Positions 1-11,398 of a stretch of 64,000 bases of DNA are shown piece by piece; position 1 is the first letter of the stretch, and every line of letters starts with the position of its first letter. The stretch is from Kondoa subrosea. Taxonomy: Eukaryota. A program made the translations under genes and the position numbers. The notes under the pieces are model-generated. The model had not been told where the DNA came from, did not search any database, and was given only the letters and a program-made list of their open reading frames with translations. Location of the stretch: positions 62,001-126,000 of the forward strand of contig BCIN01000003.1 of assembly GCA_039545335.1 (NCBI GenBank), written 5' to 3'.

Positions 1-1071
1 CAGCATCATACATCCATGGCCTCGACCGCCGTCACTAGAAACAGCGCAGTCAGTCAACCGGGAGACGTGTCTCTGGACGACACGATCGACTTCGGACCGG
101 TTGGACCTCACGCATCCATGATGTACGGTAATCACGGACCGACACCTGGCTTGTCGCAATTGGTCGAGCAAGAGCAGAATAGAAGAGATTCAGATTTGAG
201 CATCTTTACTTCTACTACGCACAACGAAGCATCGAGAAGAGGCACAAAAGCTTACTCTGCCGCCCCATCCAACCACGATTCGATCTTAGATGGTGTCACT
301 TTCATGGCTCCTCCTCCTTCTGCCGCTAGCTCTGCAGCAGGTATTTCCGCTGGTCATTTCCCTCCGACTCCTACTTCACCTTATTTCCCACTTCCACCTC
401 CTCGATCTCCTTCGTCTAAAGCAGCAGCTCTTGCGACAGAGAAGAATCCCTTTGCCGATCCCAGTCAAAATAGCTTCGCATCAAATCAAGCTACTTTCGG
501 TTCGGACGATTTAGATGATCTACCTTTACCTAATCGACCATTTGCATCTACTAATGCTGCAAGAGAATCCATTTCTTCAGCTATGTCAGGTCGATCAGGC
601 TATGCAAGCGTCCTGGAAGACATTCCCTTCCAACTAGGTTTAGGGGGACCGAATTCGCAACGTGGATCTTTGGCCTATTCCGAGAATGGAGGACCTGACA
701 ATCGAGCTAGTTTTGCTAGCTCTTATTTCGCTAGCGGAAGACCTGATTCCGATCAATACATCCCACCTGTGCCTAGTTTGCCAAGTCAACAATCTTTGGC
801 TGCGATGACTGAAAGAGCTAGTGTTATCGTAGAGGATCAAGAGGGTGCACAAGAGATACCGATGGGAAGTCCTTCGCTGGATGAGGAAGCGCTCAAGACT
901 GCTCGATTACAACCTCAGCAAGCAAAACAAGCGGATACTAGAGCTTCAGTGGATTCATTCATGCAGAGTAAGTAACTCTTGCTACAGTACTACTAGAGGA
1001 TGTAGCTGATCAGTCGAGGTACAGGCGCGATTCTGGCTAATCAATTCTCTGATTCATTACCTGATCCATAA
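1..1071 (+). CDS. C-terminal part of a low-complexity Ser/Pro-rich protein (5' end lies outside the window)
   Basis: 319-aa open frame 16-975. GTAAGT donor at 968 and ACAG acceptor at 1024 give a last exon SAILANQFSDSLPDP ending TAA at 1069-1071. Confidence 0.7.
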
Positions 1072-1742
1072 GAAGTTTTCGCAAAAAAGGACAATTCATA
1101 ACAGTAAAAGAAGTGTAGTTAAGAATTGTGCGGGTGTACTTTGTAATAAGAGATATGTGCCTATTTATGCGAGATTTAGGGTTCGAGATTTCCGCATGAA
1201 TGTGCCACTGTGCACAATGTGCAGATGTGCATGGCTCATGTCTCTCCGCTATTTCGGCTTCAGACGTCGACCTGCAAGCAGTGAAAAGTTATACTAACCT
1301 TATTGGCTGCCACTTATACCATCTGTCAGCTTCAACAAGGCAGGGCAAAGATCAAAAACACACTCGATAGAACATCTTTTGAAAGTTGTTCGAGCGTAAA
1401 AGGCCAACCTTTGAAGGATAATCAAGGGCGCCCACACAAAAGAGTAGCGGCTATCTCAGCTGTACACAACAATCCTAGTGAATTCGGATCAAGCAAAGCT
1501 TGGATCTGGTGTTGTCATTCAGCAACATGGGAAAAGTAAAGGTTAGATAAGCTAGACAGTACATCAAAGGTGATGCTGAATTGGTACACACAGGCTATGA
1601 GGGATCTACAGCGTCGACAAGGTTAGCCTCACATTCTCTCTTTGGAAGGCTTCGATTCCAAAGTCATCAAGAACCATGCTCTGACATGCTGTTCTTTCCC
1701 CTCTTCTCTCTTTCTTCCCCTCTTGTATTGCATATAATACAA

Positions 1743-3699
1743 ATGGTCGGTCATCTCATTTTGCATTTGTTCAGATCTTTCTTCTTCCGCTGTTCAGCAA
1801 ACAAGTGCTGATGAGACTCGGCGAACGACTATAGCTTCGTCTACTGCTGTTCCTGTAGAAGCCTCAACTACTGCTGTTGATAATCAACAAACTACAACAC
1901 CCAGTAAGGGTCCTTTTTTTTCCCTCCTCGTTCTGGAATCGCGGCTATACCTCTATCGTGGGAACAATGTCTCTCTTCAGAATAGATTACTCATTATTGT
2001 ATTCTTCCTCTTACGAACAGATGTTTCTACGACTTCACGAACGCAAGCAGCTACTTCAAGTACAGCTCAACAAGTAACGACGACTCAAGCTCCTACAACT
2101 TCAACTCAAGCAGCACAGCCGAGTACGACCACGCAAGCAGTACCATCCACTACTACACAACAACAGCCCCCGAGTAGTACAGCTCAAGCAGCTCCATCTA
2201 GTACAGGTAAACACTCTATTTGGGTATTCAATGAGATTTTTTGCTCATTTACCTAAACGTGTGTTTACAGCCGCTGCAGGTGGTGGAAATACTGCAAGTC
2301 CAACTTCTCAGACCACAGTACCGGCAGGCAAGTTTCTCTGCCTGAAATCGCATAGAATTAGCAAAGGTGTTAATTTCAGATTGATGACAGGTGGTGCGGC
2401 AGGAACTTCGACGAATGGAGGAACTGCACCAGCTTCTTCAATTGTAATTGAGTCCTCGCAAGCTGGAGGAGGTGTGACTACTCGAACTACTCAAGCTGGT
2501 CAAACTACTTTACCTGGAACCAGTCAGATTGCAGTAACAATTAGTAGCGGAACAGCTCAAGTACCCGCTGAAGGTGGTGGATTCAGTACTACGATCATCA
2601 ATGAACCGATTACTACTACTATTCCAGCTTCACAAGCAAACATTCCAATCGCAGTGTAGGTTTTGAATTTGCGCATTAGACGACTTGCGTCTCATGTTCA
2701 CCATTTTCGCCTACAGAGGAACAACAGTCATTCAAGTCACTTCAGATGGCGGCGTTGTTCTAGTTACTTCAACCCAGTACAGCACTTCAACAGCTTATGG
2801 CACTTTACCCGTAGCTTCAGCCGACGCAGCAGGTAATGGCAGCGCAAACGATACTTCTGGCTCAAAGAAAAGTGGTGGATTCTTTAACAACACTGGAGCA
2901 GTCGTTGGGGTTTTCGTTGTTGTTGGTTTAGGAGCTGCTGCGATTTTGTTGACTGCTGCTTTCTTTTACTTCAAACGAAGAAGAGCAATGAGATTGGATG
3001 ATGATTTGAGAATAGCTGCTGGTGGTGCTGGAGTAGCTGGTGCCGGAACAAGTCGATTCAGAGATGATGACGAGTGAGTTGCCAACTTAAAACATCTATG
3101 AGAGTTTGGGTCTAACGAGCACAACTTACAGCGAATTCATTCAATACGATGAATCTGATGGAGGTCATCCTACTTATCCAGTCATGTCTCAATACAATAA
3201 TCCTTCAAATGGTTATGCAGCGGCGTACAATGATACAGGCGATTATGGATCAGGACCGTATAAGAACCCAGCGAATCGAATGTCTATGGCTAACAGTATG
3301 GCATCAGCAGGAACAGCAGGTATTGCAGGTTATGCGGCAAGCGCAGGTTATTCGAATCACGATCAGTATTCAAGCGGTGATCATGGTTACACGCCTCATG
3401 GTCAACAAGGCAGTCAATGGGCAGATTACGTCAATGCTTATGGCTCACCACCGCCTGGTCAATCCTCACCTGGAGAAAAAGGTTCAAGCAGTGAAGGTCA
3501 TGCGATGCCTGTCGATCAAAGGCTGAATCCAAGGTTCGTGGCTGTCAGTGAGGACATTGCGTCCTTCGGCTGAATTCTTTTTACGAACAGGGCGATGCTG
3601 GAACACATGCACAATACGAACGAGTCAACCGGCTCGCTGGTCGATGGCAATGATTATTCCCGGCCATTACGAGTCGCAAACCCAGGGGACGCTAATTAA
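1743..3699 (+). CDS. Ser/Thr-rich single-pass membrane protein, Wsc/Mid2-like cell-wall stress sensor (multi-exon, start uncertain)
   Basis: Mucin-like S/T/Q/A ectodomain, TM GAVVGVFVVVGLGAAAILLTAAFFYF followed by KRRR, Tyr-rich tail. Spliced C-terminus SLVDGNDYSRPLRVANP resembles the Wsc-family tail motif. Stop TAA at 3697-3699. Confidence 0.75.
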
Positions 3700-3854
3700 T
3701 CATGAAGGACTCTTTCTTCGATTTGTTTTATAGTGGTGTATATAGTTTTAGTTCTTATTGACATAGCATACACTCGTTTTTTTCCAAAACTTCATAAACC
3801 TTATTGGACCTGTTGCATACAATATAAACTACATGCAATTGCTTGTACATTGAT

Positions 3855-5487
3855 CTATTTAGACTTCTTGGCATCCTTCATCGCTTGATAAGCTAGCTCT
3901 GCCATTCCTGGAAAGAGTGCACCATAGGTTTCTGCTTGTTCGCTTGATGCTACGCCAAGCAGACTTCGCGCAGCAATGCCTTGCGAAATTACAGACAGCT
4001 GCCAAAAACCTCTTAGCTCAAAGTTGCCTCGTGAAAAGATACGACTCACTCGGAAGAAAGAGAAAGCCTGGCAAGCTTGCCATCGAGGTAATGGATATGC
4101 TCTGCCACGTTTTTCGCAGTAGTACCGCAAGAGTTCTTCCATACTAGGTAAAGACTTGAGCTGCTCTGGACTGAATCCTCTGTGGTGACGCATTGGAAGT
4201 AGGCATGGATTTCTGCCTAGATCCAATATCTCCACTCACCTCAAATCGCTTTGTTCCGCTCCACTTGGCCAGAAGAAAGGCATAAAGAGGTTACCCAAAT
4301 CAGCGAAAGGATGACCTAAAGTCGATAATTCCCAATCAAGCAAACCAATAACTTGAGGTTTGGTTTTATGGAAAACGACATTGTCCATCTTGTAATCGCC
4401 ATGCATGATGGTCGTTTCTCCAACAGGACAATCAGTAGCGAAGAAAGCGGTGAGTTCTTCAATATGTGGGATTTCTCCTACTGTCCGGGAGCCGTCTTTG
4501 GATTTGATGACTGCTTGAGCTCGAGAGACTTTAGCTAGGGATTTGGCTTGTCTTGGGTAGAAATCAGATGTTGGCTACAAGTTCTCCAGGTTAGTATACT
4601 GCAAAAGTACGGGGAATTGGACTGAAAAAGACTTACACCATAATCTGCTAGACCAACATCTTTTGGGTTCAAGCTGTGAAGTTTCGCCAAAGCGTCAATA
4701 GCAGATTTCCACCTTCGGCGACAGTCAGAGCAGTTATAAAAGGGGCGGAATAATGACTCACATGGCAGTTCTTTCCTCCTTTGTAGATATTTCGGGCAGA
4801 GAAGCATCAACAAAGATTCTCCCATCCAAGAATTCCATGATATAAAAGGTTGATCCAACAATTGATTTGTCCGTGCAGCTAATAGCTCGTGTTATTAGCT
4901 TCATCGAAGAGGCTAGAGGCTTGCTTACAGGCAGAATACTTTTGGTGCCGGTACTCCTGTGCTGCCTCCAACTGCCTTGATCACTCTGTATTCTCGATCC
5001 ACGGCATGGGCAGTCTTGGATATCAGTTCTCCAGGCGGCTGCTTCCTTAGAACTGGGAGAAGTGTTAGACTTCGACGATTGATCATCGGACCTGAGTAAG
5101 CTGACCATATTTGGTGTTTCTGACATACGGAAAGTCAATAGGGATCAATCGTTGAGAGACTTTCCTCTACCTTGAGTCCGTAAGAAGATAAGTCGGGTTA
5201 CTCTGTCAAAGAAAACTATTTCAGCATCAGTCCATTCCAGTTATCTGATGTGTTTGACCTGTCCATGCTTGAATTGCTCGACTTTGACAGGCAATTGAAT
5301 CTCTTTGACATCTGTCACCAAGCCTTAGCGAGTTGAATGAAGCATGCATGTGAATTTCTTTTTACTGTTTTTGAGATAGTCTGACAAGGCAGCCTCATCG
5401 ATCACTTGACTAGGCCAACAGAATGTCAGAGGATGGTGTCATGGACGGTGCGCGAGTCACTGACCGAACTTTGCCTTTGCTTGTCAT
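3855..5487 (-). CDS. Aminoglycoside-phosphotransferase (APH) family protein, ACAD10/11 N-terminal-domain-like
   Basis: Spliced motifs [63 protein letters not shown]. Confidence 0.9.
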
Positions 5488-5549
5488 TGCTGCGTCTCAA
5501 GAATCAACTTTCAACCCCGCACTCGCTTCTTCTGACACGGCCAACATTC

Positions 5550-6081
5550 ATGGCTCATACAGAGTCCGACGAGGTTGAGCAGGTCTCACTGGAGTTGGGC
5601 AATGGCTTTCAGGCTATCCTTTATAGCTTCCTCTTCGCAATTGTGACTTCTTTCCATTCTTACTCGAATCTCGCGTACTGTCTTATTCTCTGTTGCTTAA
5701 GCTGGATGTGGCTGTACATACTCAATATTCCCAAGAGATTGAACCCAAAGTCATTCTAGGCCATGTTCTGATGTTCTTACCTTGTTCGTGTTGTGGAACG
5801 CATTTGTAGCAACCTTTCTTATTCTGTCTGTGTCAGGTCTTCTCGCTTTCTTATACATTACTTCCACGTCTCTGCTTCAGGCGAGTCGGATCTTGCGGTT
5901 TTTATGGGCATCAGCTGCTTCTTGGGCAGGAATCTACATCGTTAGCTTTTGCACCTTCCACCATCTTGGCCGTCTAATCATAGAACAGGTCACATTGGTG
6001 CATACCGCCTCATACACGGATGTCATACAACAGTGCCCACCGATAGCTTCAATATGGATTGCTTCAGTTCGTCTCGATTGA
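5550..6081 (+). CDS. Hypothetical small multi-pass membrane protein
   Basis: Two hydrophobic ORFs (5550-5759, 5782-6081) join in frame through a GTACAT...CTAG intron (~5714-5759). No recognisable family. Confidence 0.45.
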
Positions 6082-6276
6082 TTTGGTTTGATGCCCAAGC
6101 TGAACGTATCCACAGATCATCAGGCTCAGTCTTTCAGAAGCATTACTTTCACTGGGCATGACGGGGTTGTATGTGTATCACGAAGGTTACAAGCTCTTTT
6201 AAAAAGGAGTCCACTCATGTAAACATCTAGACATATTATTCATTCCTCCCCATCTTCGCTCTTGTCCGCCTTGACT

Positions 6277-9200
6277 TTAGCTCTTTCTGCAACATCTGAA
6301 CAGGAAAGAAAGGAAAACATGTAATATCCAGAACCACTTCAAGAAGAAATCAGCGTCATCGTATCAATATAAGATGAAACAAACTTACAACCGAGCCCAA
6401 AAACTTGACCATAGTGATGAAGAAGACTGAAAGCAAGACGACATTGAAATACCACTTGCGACGTTCCCGCAGAAGATCTGGATCTGGATTCCTTCCAGCA
6501 ATATTGGTAACTGCTGCCACTACAAGCGCATTCGCTGTATATCTGATTAGTATAGCAAACAATGGCGGCTGTTTCAAGACTCACTAAAGATCCAGAAAAG
6601 TACAAGACGAGTGCGAAAAGTCGCATTTGAGTCAGTTTCAGAAACTTTTGCGGTTCCCTTTGGTGCTAGCTCATCATTATCAGTCCATGACCTCTTCTTC
6701 TTCTTCATGATGATCACTCACGTCTATGAGGAGCCAAAGCTCTTATAGCTGTCCTTCGAAAATCATCCATCAAATCCGCATCAAGCTTTTCTTCCATCTC
6801 GACAGAACCGTTCGATTTGGTGTTCAAGGTAGGTAAAGCTTCTGCCATATCACTCCCCTTCGTACCCCATGATACGTCATGTAGATTGCAGAAACTGAAT
6901 ACGTCTGGAAAGAAGACTTAGAACAGCGTATTTATGGCGATGAAGTAACGACTTACTGAGGATGTTGATAAACGAAGGAGCTAAACCAAGATAGGGCAGA
7001 AAGGAATGGAAAACATGACCGAATTCGCCGTAAAGAAAAGCTAGAACTTGGTCAGCTGGTACATAATTATAGCAGGAAGGGTCGACTGACAATTGATAAT
7101 GTACACTCCTAGAGAGGACATGAGCGCAGCAAGAAGGATTCCAACCTATGCGCTCGAATCAGGCCGCGAAGAGACTGAAAGAGAGGGGACTGACATCGCT
7201 TGTCGCAAGCTCTTTGACTTGGTTAAGTGCATCCCCCTTGAAATTGAAGTCTGTTCCCAGAAAAGCATTGATAGTCAAGATGAAAGCGCAGGCAATAAGG
7301 TAGCTGTACTCATGTAAGCGAAATTGTAATTTCGGAGATCAAGCTGCTCACTATCCAAGAACGGCATTGACTAAGAATGCCAATGTGTAAAGACCAACTT
7401 CAGCTTTCGGTTTATTGCCTAAAGCGATGACGAAAGTTAACGCTAGCGTTCCGGAATCTGTACCATCATCAGCTAGCGATCAATCGAAAGGGTGAAGGTA
7501 TAGGCTTACAAATCCATAGACTCACTACATTGATCCAGTCTGTTATTTGACGAGTTCCGCCTACATAAATTCCAGTGCTTTCCGGTACGAGCTGGATGAT
7601 GATACTGAAAGTAAGCCAAAGATTGCTCGGAGCGAACCTGCAAGGCTTTGTCAGCCAGGACTTTCCGTGCCAAACAAATTCTGTACCAGGTAAAGACCAG
7701 TACAGCAATGTTAAACAGAGCTTGAATGTGGAAGAAGAATAGCCTGCACTGAGATCAGCCTAGATCTTGATGACAAAGAAGATCACAAACCTAATGATGT
7801 TATGTCTGTCCACGACGATCAGCAAATGAAGTAATTCACCACCATTTCACTCACCCTGATCGATAAACACGAAAGAAGTGTACCAGGGAGTAGATACTAG
7901 CGGCAAAACTTCCGTTGAGCCATCTTCGGCGTTGAGAGACGAGTTCTGATACTCCTTCGCTGTGTATTCTTGAGCTTCGAGAACTCAGCTGTTGTGACAC
8001 AAGCAGACATACGGGACGTCAGTCTCCCCTTTTGCTGCTTTAACGTATGCTGATCCAAAATCAGTGCTGGATAGACGGATACAATGCAATTCCCTCACAT
8101 AGATGCCACGCGCAGCCAGCTTTCGCTACCAACTCGAAGCAAAGGATTCTGTCTTCAGCCAGAAACATGCTGTAAAACCTTTCATGAAATTGCCTCAAAG
8201 CAACACTAGCACTCACTTCTTCTTGAAGATGTTCATGCTTGCAAGTTTTCGTTCGCCCTGAAAGTATTGCTGAAGTGGTCTCTACTTGATAATCAGCTCA
8301 GGACGCCAGGCACCTTGAGTTAGTACGCACGCCAATCAGTGCTCTATACCTATAAGCAGAAAAAGCGCCGGGTAAAACAGAGACGAAGCCAAAACTCGAT
8401 TCGAGAGGTTTATCGAGAATATCTTCCATAAGAAGGTCAGTCCATGTCTGGCATCAGACTTATGAACCTACTACTGATCTGAAAATGGGCCACATATTGA
8501 ACAAAGCAGTGATGCAGTGACTATGTCCATACCTTGTATTCAAAGTTTTGGGCAGCCACCAAAGGATTGATTAGCTTGATGCCGCCGTTAGTTTGAGCGA
8601 AGATCTATCAAAGATAAGTCGTGATTCATTCGTCAAAGCTAGTCGTCTTACTTCACCACAAGCTCCGCCTATCAGCTCTGGTCAGCAATGTGACTTGTGA
8701 TCAATCAAACATCATACCTAGATTCTGGCGATGAAGCGCGTCAGTTAAAACGTATGACAAGTTAACGAATGCTGACCTTATCATTGTGAAAGGCGTTCCA
8801 TAGATGATAGAGACTTTTATGACCCGGTTTTGTTCCAGCATCAATGAGAATAGTGACATTCGGATTCAGCTGTCTACAAAAGCCATTGAAGAGCCACTAT
8901 CACGACATGAATCAGCATTACATGTCATTGGCTGTCATAGAAACCGACTCGGTGCGAGTTGATCTTTCTGATCAGATTTGTCAGGCAAGCAATTGACAGC
9001 GGTAGGCAAGCTTACTTTGCGTTCTTTTGCTTGATGAGAAGCATGTATTGTACAGGTACTAGATTCGTGTGCATATCTTTGCCAGCACGCGAAGGCTCGA
9101 CCAGCTGTGGTTTCCCATTGTGATTGGGTTCGACTGAAAGCTGCGTAGTATACTGAAGAGACAATTCTGAGTTAGGCAGTGGTAGATGGATCGTTTTATC

Positions 9201-10307
9201 TACCTCGAAGAGATGTCCCTGTACTTCTTCTCCGTTGACTTGACGCTTCATCTATACAGATATTAGCCTAGAAATGGTTCAAAGCCAGCAATTAGCGTAC
9301 AATGTTGTCCTGTAGGCATATGAGCTATCTTATCAAGTCAAACCGAGCAGACCGACCTGAAAGACACCTAGCAGTGACAGCACGTCCAGCGAGCGTTTAT
9401 CACAAGGATCAATACCATCCATGATAATACAAACAACTATCCTTTGCCAAGCTGGTACTCTAGTCCCATCTTCGAGCTTGCCTTTCCAGAACTTTGAATC
9501 TGATCGAGAAATGTCTCTAATATTGGTTGCAATGCCATGAAGGGTTCTAGTGAGAAGAATCTTGTCTTCGTTGTAGGCAGTTACAGCTATAACTCTGCAT
9601 GCAAGAGATCAGATCATAGAGACAGTATAGAAGAAGGCAACGGACAGTTCTGTTGAGCGATGATAATCGACTTGTCTTATACTCCAGCCATTTGATATCG
9701 TGAAGTCGTCTGGATCACAAGTAATAGCAGTCTGAAAGGTTCTCAGCTCGATTGAGAGCTCCAAAGCTGGCCACTGACATATCGCATGTGCTGGCACAGC
9801 TCGTGAACTTTGAGTTTCAAAATCGCAAGAGGAATGTTCTCACCGTGATCTCTGAACGCCCGTTGGCATCTGTCGGCGGCTGCCATCGTGGCTCAACAGC
9901 ATTGCGTATAGCAGGTACAGCAGGATGATCTAGATCTCTTCTTATGAGTAAGGCTCCGATCGAAATGCTTCAGACTGACCTAAAACAAGATGACCTCTAC
10001 GAAGCTTGACTCTTTTAGTCAGACCACGCTTTGGAGCAGCTGCTCTCTGCTGCCAGTCTTCCGAGCCAAAATTCGAAGCTACATCTTGTTCTGGCATACC
10101 CGCTGGCGGTAACATTGCTGTTCCAGGCGGCAAAGGCGGAAGCCATGGTTGATCCTGTTGATGCTGAAGTAAAGGATAGGCAGAAGTAGGAGGATTCGAA
10201 GATAGATTTCTCTGATGGAAGGTCTCCCCTTGCACGAAACGGCCATATTCCTGCATGGATGGCTGCCCATCGCTGTCCGTACTGCGAGACGCACGGTAGC
10301 CTTCCAT
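6277..10307 (-). CDS. CHS: Chitin synthase, division 1, probably class III (~25 exons)
   Basis: Motifs rebuilt across introns: [88 protein letters not shown]-terminus FRCCRKS, then TAA. Confidence 0.95.
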
Positions 10308-10881
10308 TGAAAGCAGCAGCGAGAAGAAGGATCGCAAGACATTGGATAGCAAGCTCTAGAATAGCGAAAACGCAAGAACAAAGGGAAATCCAATAGCAGA
10401 GGCAGACATAACACAGTGCAGAAGTGATAGGAGGCAGAAACAGAGTGCAGAAGCGGTATTGCAGCATGTCCCCGCCGTATCTGTCAAGATGCTGCTTTCT
10501 TGAAGAACTGGACTCGGAGGACTCAGGCTCTCTAGTGGCTCTCTTGAAGGATGTTTTGCAAGTCAAGCCAGGACTGCAGCCAGTTGGAATGCTGGCGTTT
10601 GCATGATGCGTCGCATGCGAGCTGTCCGACCATCTCGTTTCTGTTTGCTCTGTCAAATATGGAAGACAGTGACTGGATATGTTTCTTTATGCTCTGCTGT
10701 TCTTTTTTCTCCTCTTCTCTCTTTCCACGTATCAGTATGTAAGTGGTGTTCCGATCATCTGTCAAACAACCACAATGCGAACCAGTCAGATGATACGGAG
10801 CACCGCTTCTTACCTTACCTCAAAGTCTGCTGATGCTTTGCTGGATTGATCTTGATATACGATTGCTCTCCTTGTCAAATC

Positions 10882-11088
10882 ATGGCTGCCATCATGACTC
10901 CCGTTCAGCCCATGCAACAAGCAATTCCTCTACAACCTGTCGTTCAAACCGTGGCTCAGCCAGCGATACCTCCTCCAGTGGCTTCTGCAGCAGTAGCTCC
11001 TCTATCTCCTGTGACTCTTGCATCAGGCAGTACAATTTCTGGATTGACGAAGAATCTTATAACAACTTTTGCGCAGATGTTGGTCTGA
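10882..11088 (+). CDS. Putative 68-aa Pro/Ala/Val/Gln-rich small protein
   Basis: aaatcATGg start context and codon usage similar to neighbouring genes. No homology recognised. Confidence 0.4.
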   Translation: MAAIMTPVQPMQQAIPLQPVVQTVAQPAIPPPVASAAVAPLSPVTLASGSTISGLTKNLITTFAQMLV

Positions 11089-11097
11089 AGTCCAGGC

Positions 11098-11114
11098 ATC
11101 ATCATCATCATCAT
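11098..11114. repeat. (CAT)n microsatellite, about 6 units
   Basis: Tandem cat units seen directly. Confidence 0.8.
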
Positions 11115-11398
11115 CGGGGTCCATACTATCATTGTATGCAAAAACACTCTCTTTACATCTTTTGCTGATGATCATGGTTTGAGTAGCTCGATCCATGCAT
11201 GTTCGTCTTATACTGAATGTGATCTCGTTCGGCTTACCAATCGATGCGCTTTGTATAGTCAGCACAAGCTCGCTACCCATTGTGCTGTACGATTCAATAA
11301 CAACAGCAGGAGCTATTTAGATTACCATTATATGCTGTACTGCTAAATAGGATATATACATGAAGGAATGGTCCATGCAGAATAATCTCTCGGTATGC

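Noticed and set aside
3840..3875. APH protein ends KKSK-stop, one residue short of PTS1 SKL; possible readthrough
   Set aside because: The stop is TAG ATC, not the TGA CTA readthrough context, and no PTS1 follows in frame.
10015..10656. 213-aa minus-strand ORF overlapping the CHS 5' end
   Set aside because: Alternative frame over CHS exon 1 and its upstream region, with no recognisable motifs. Probably chance.
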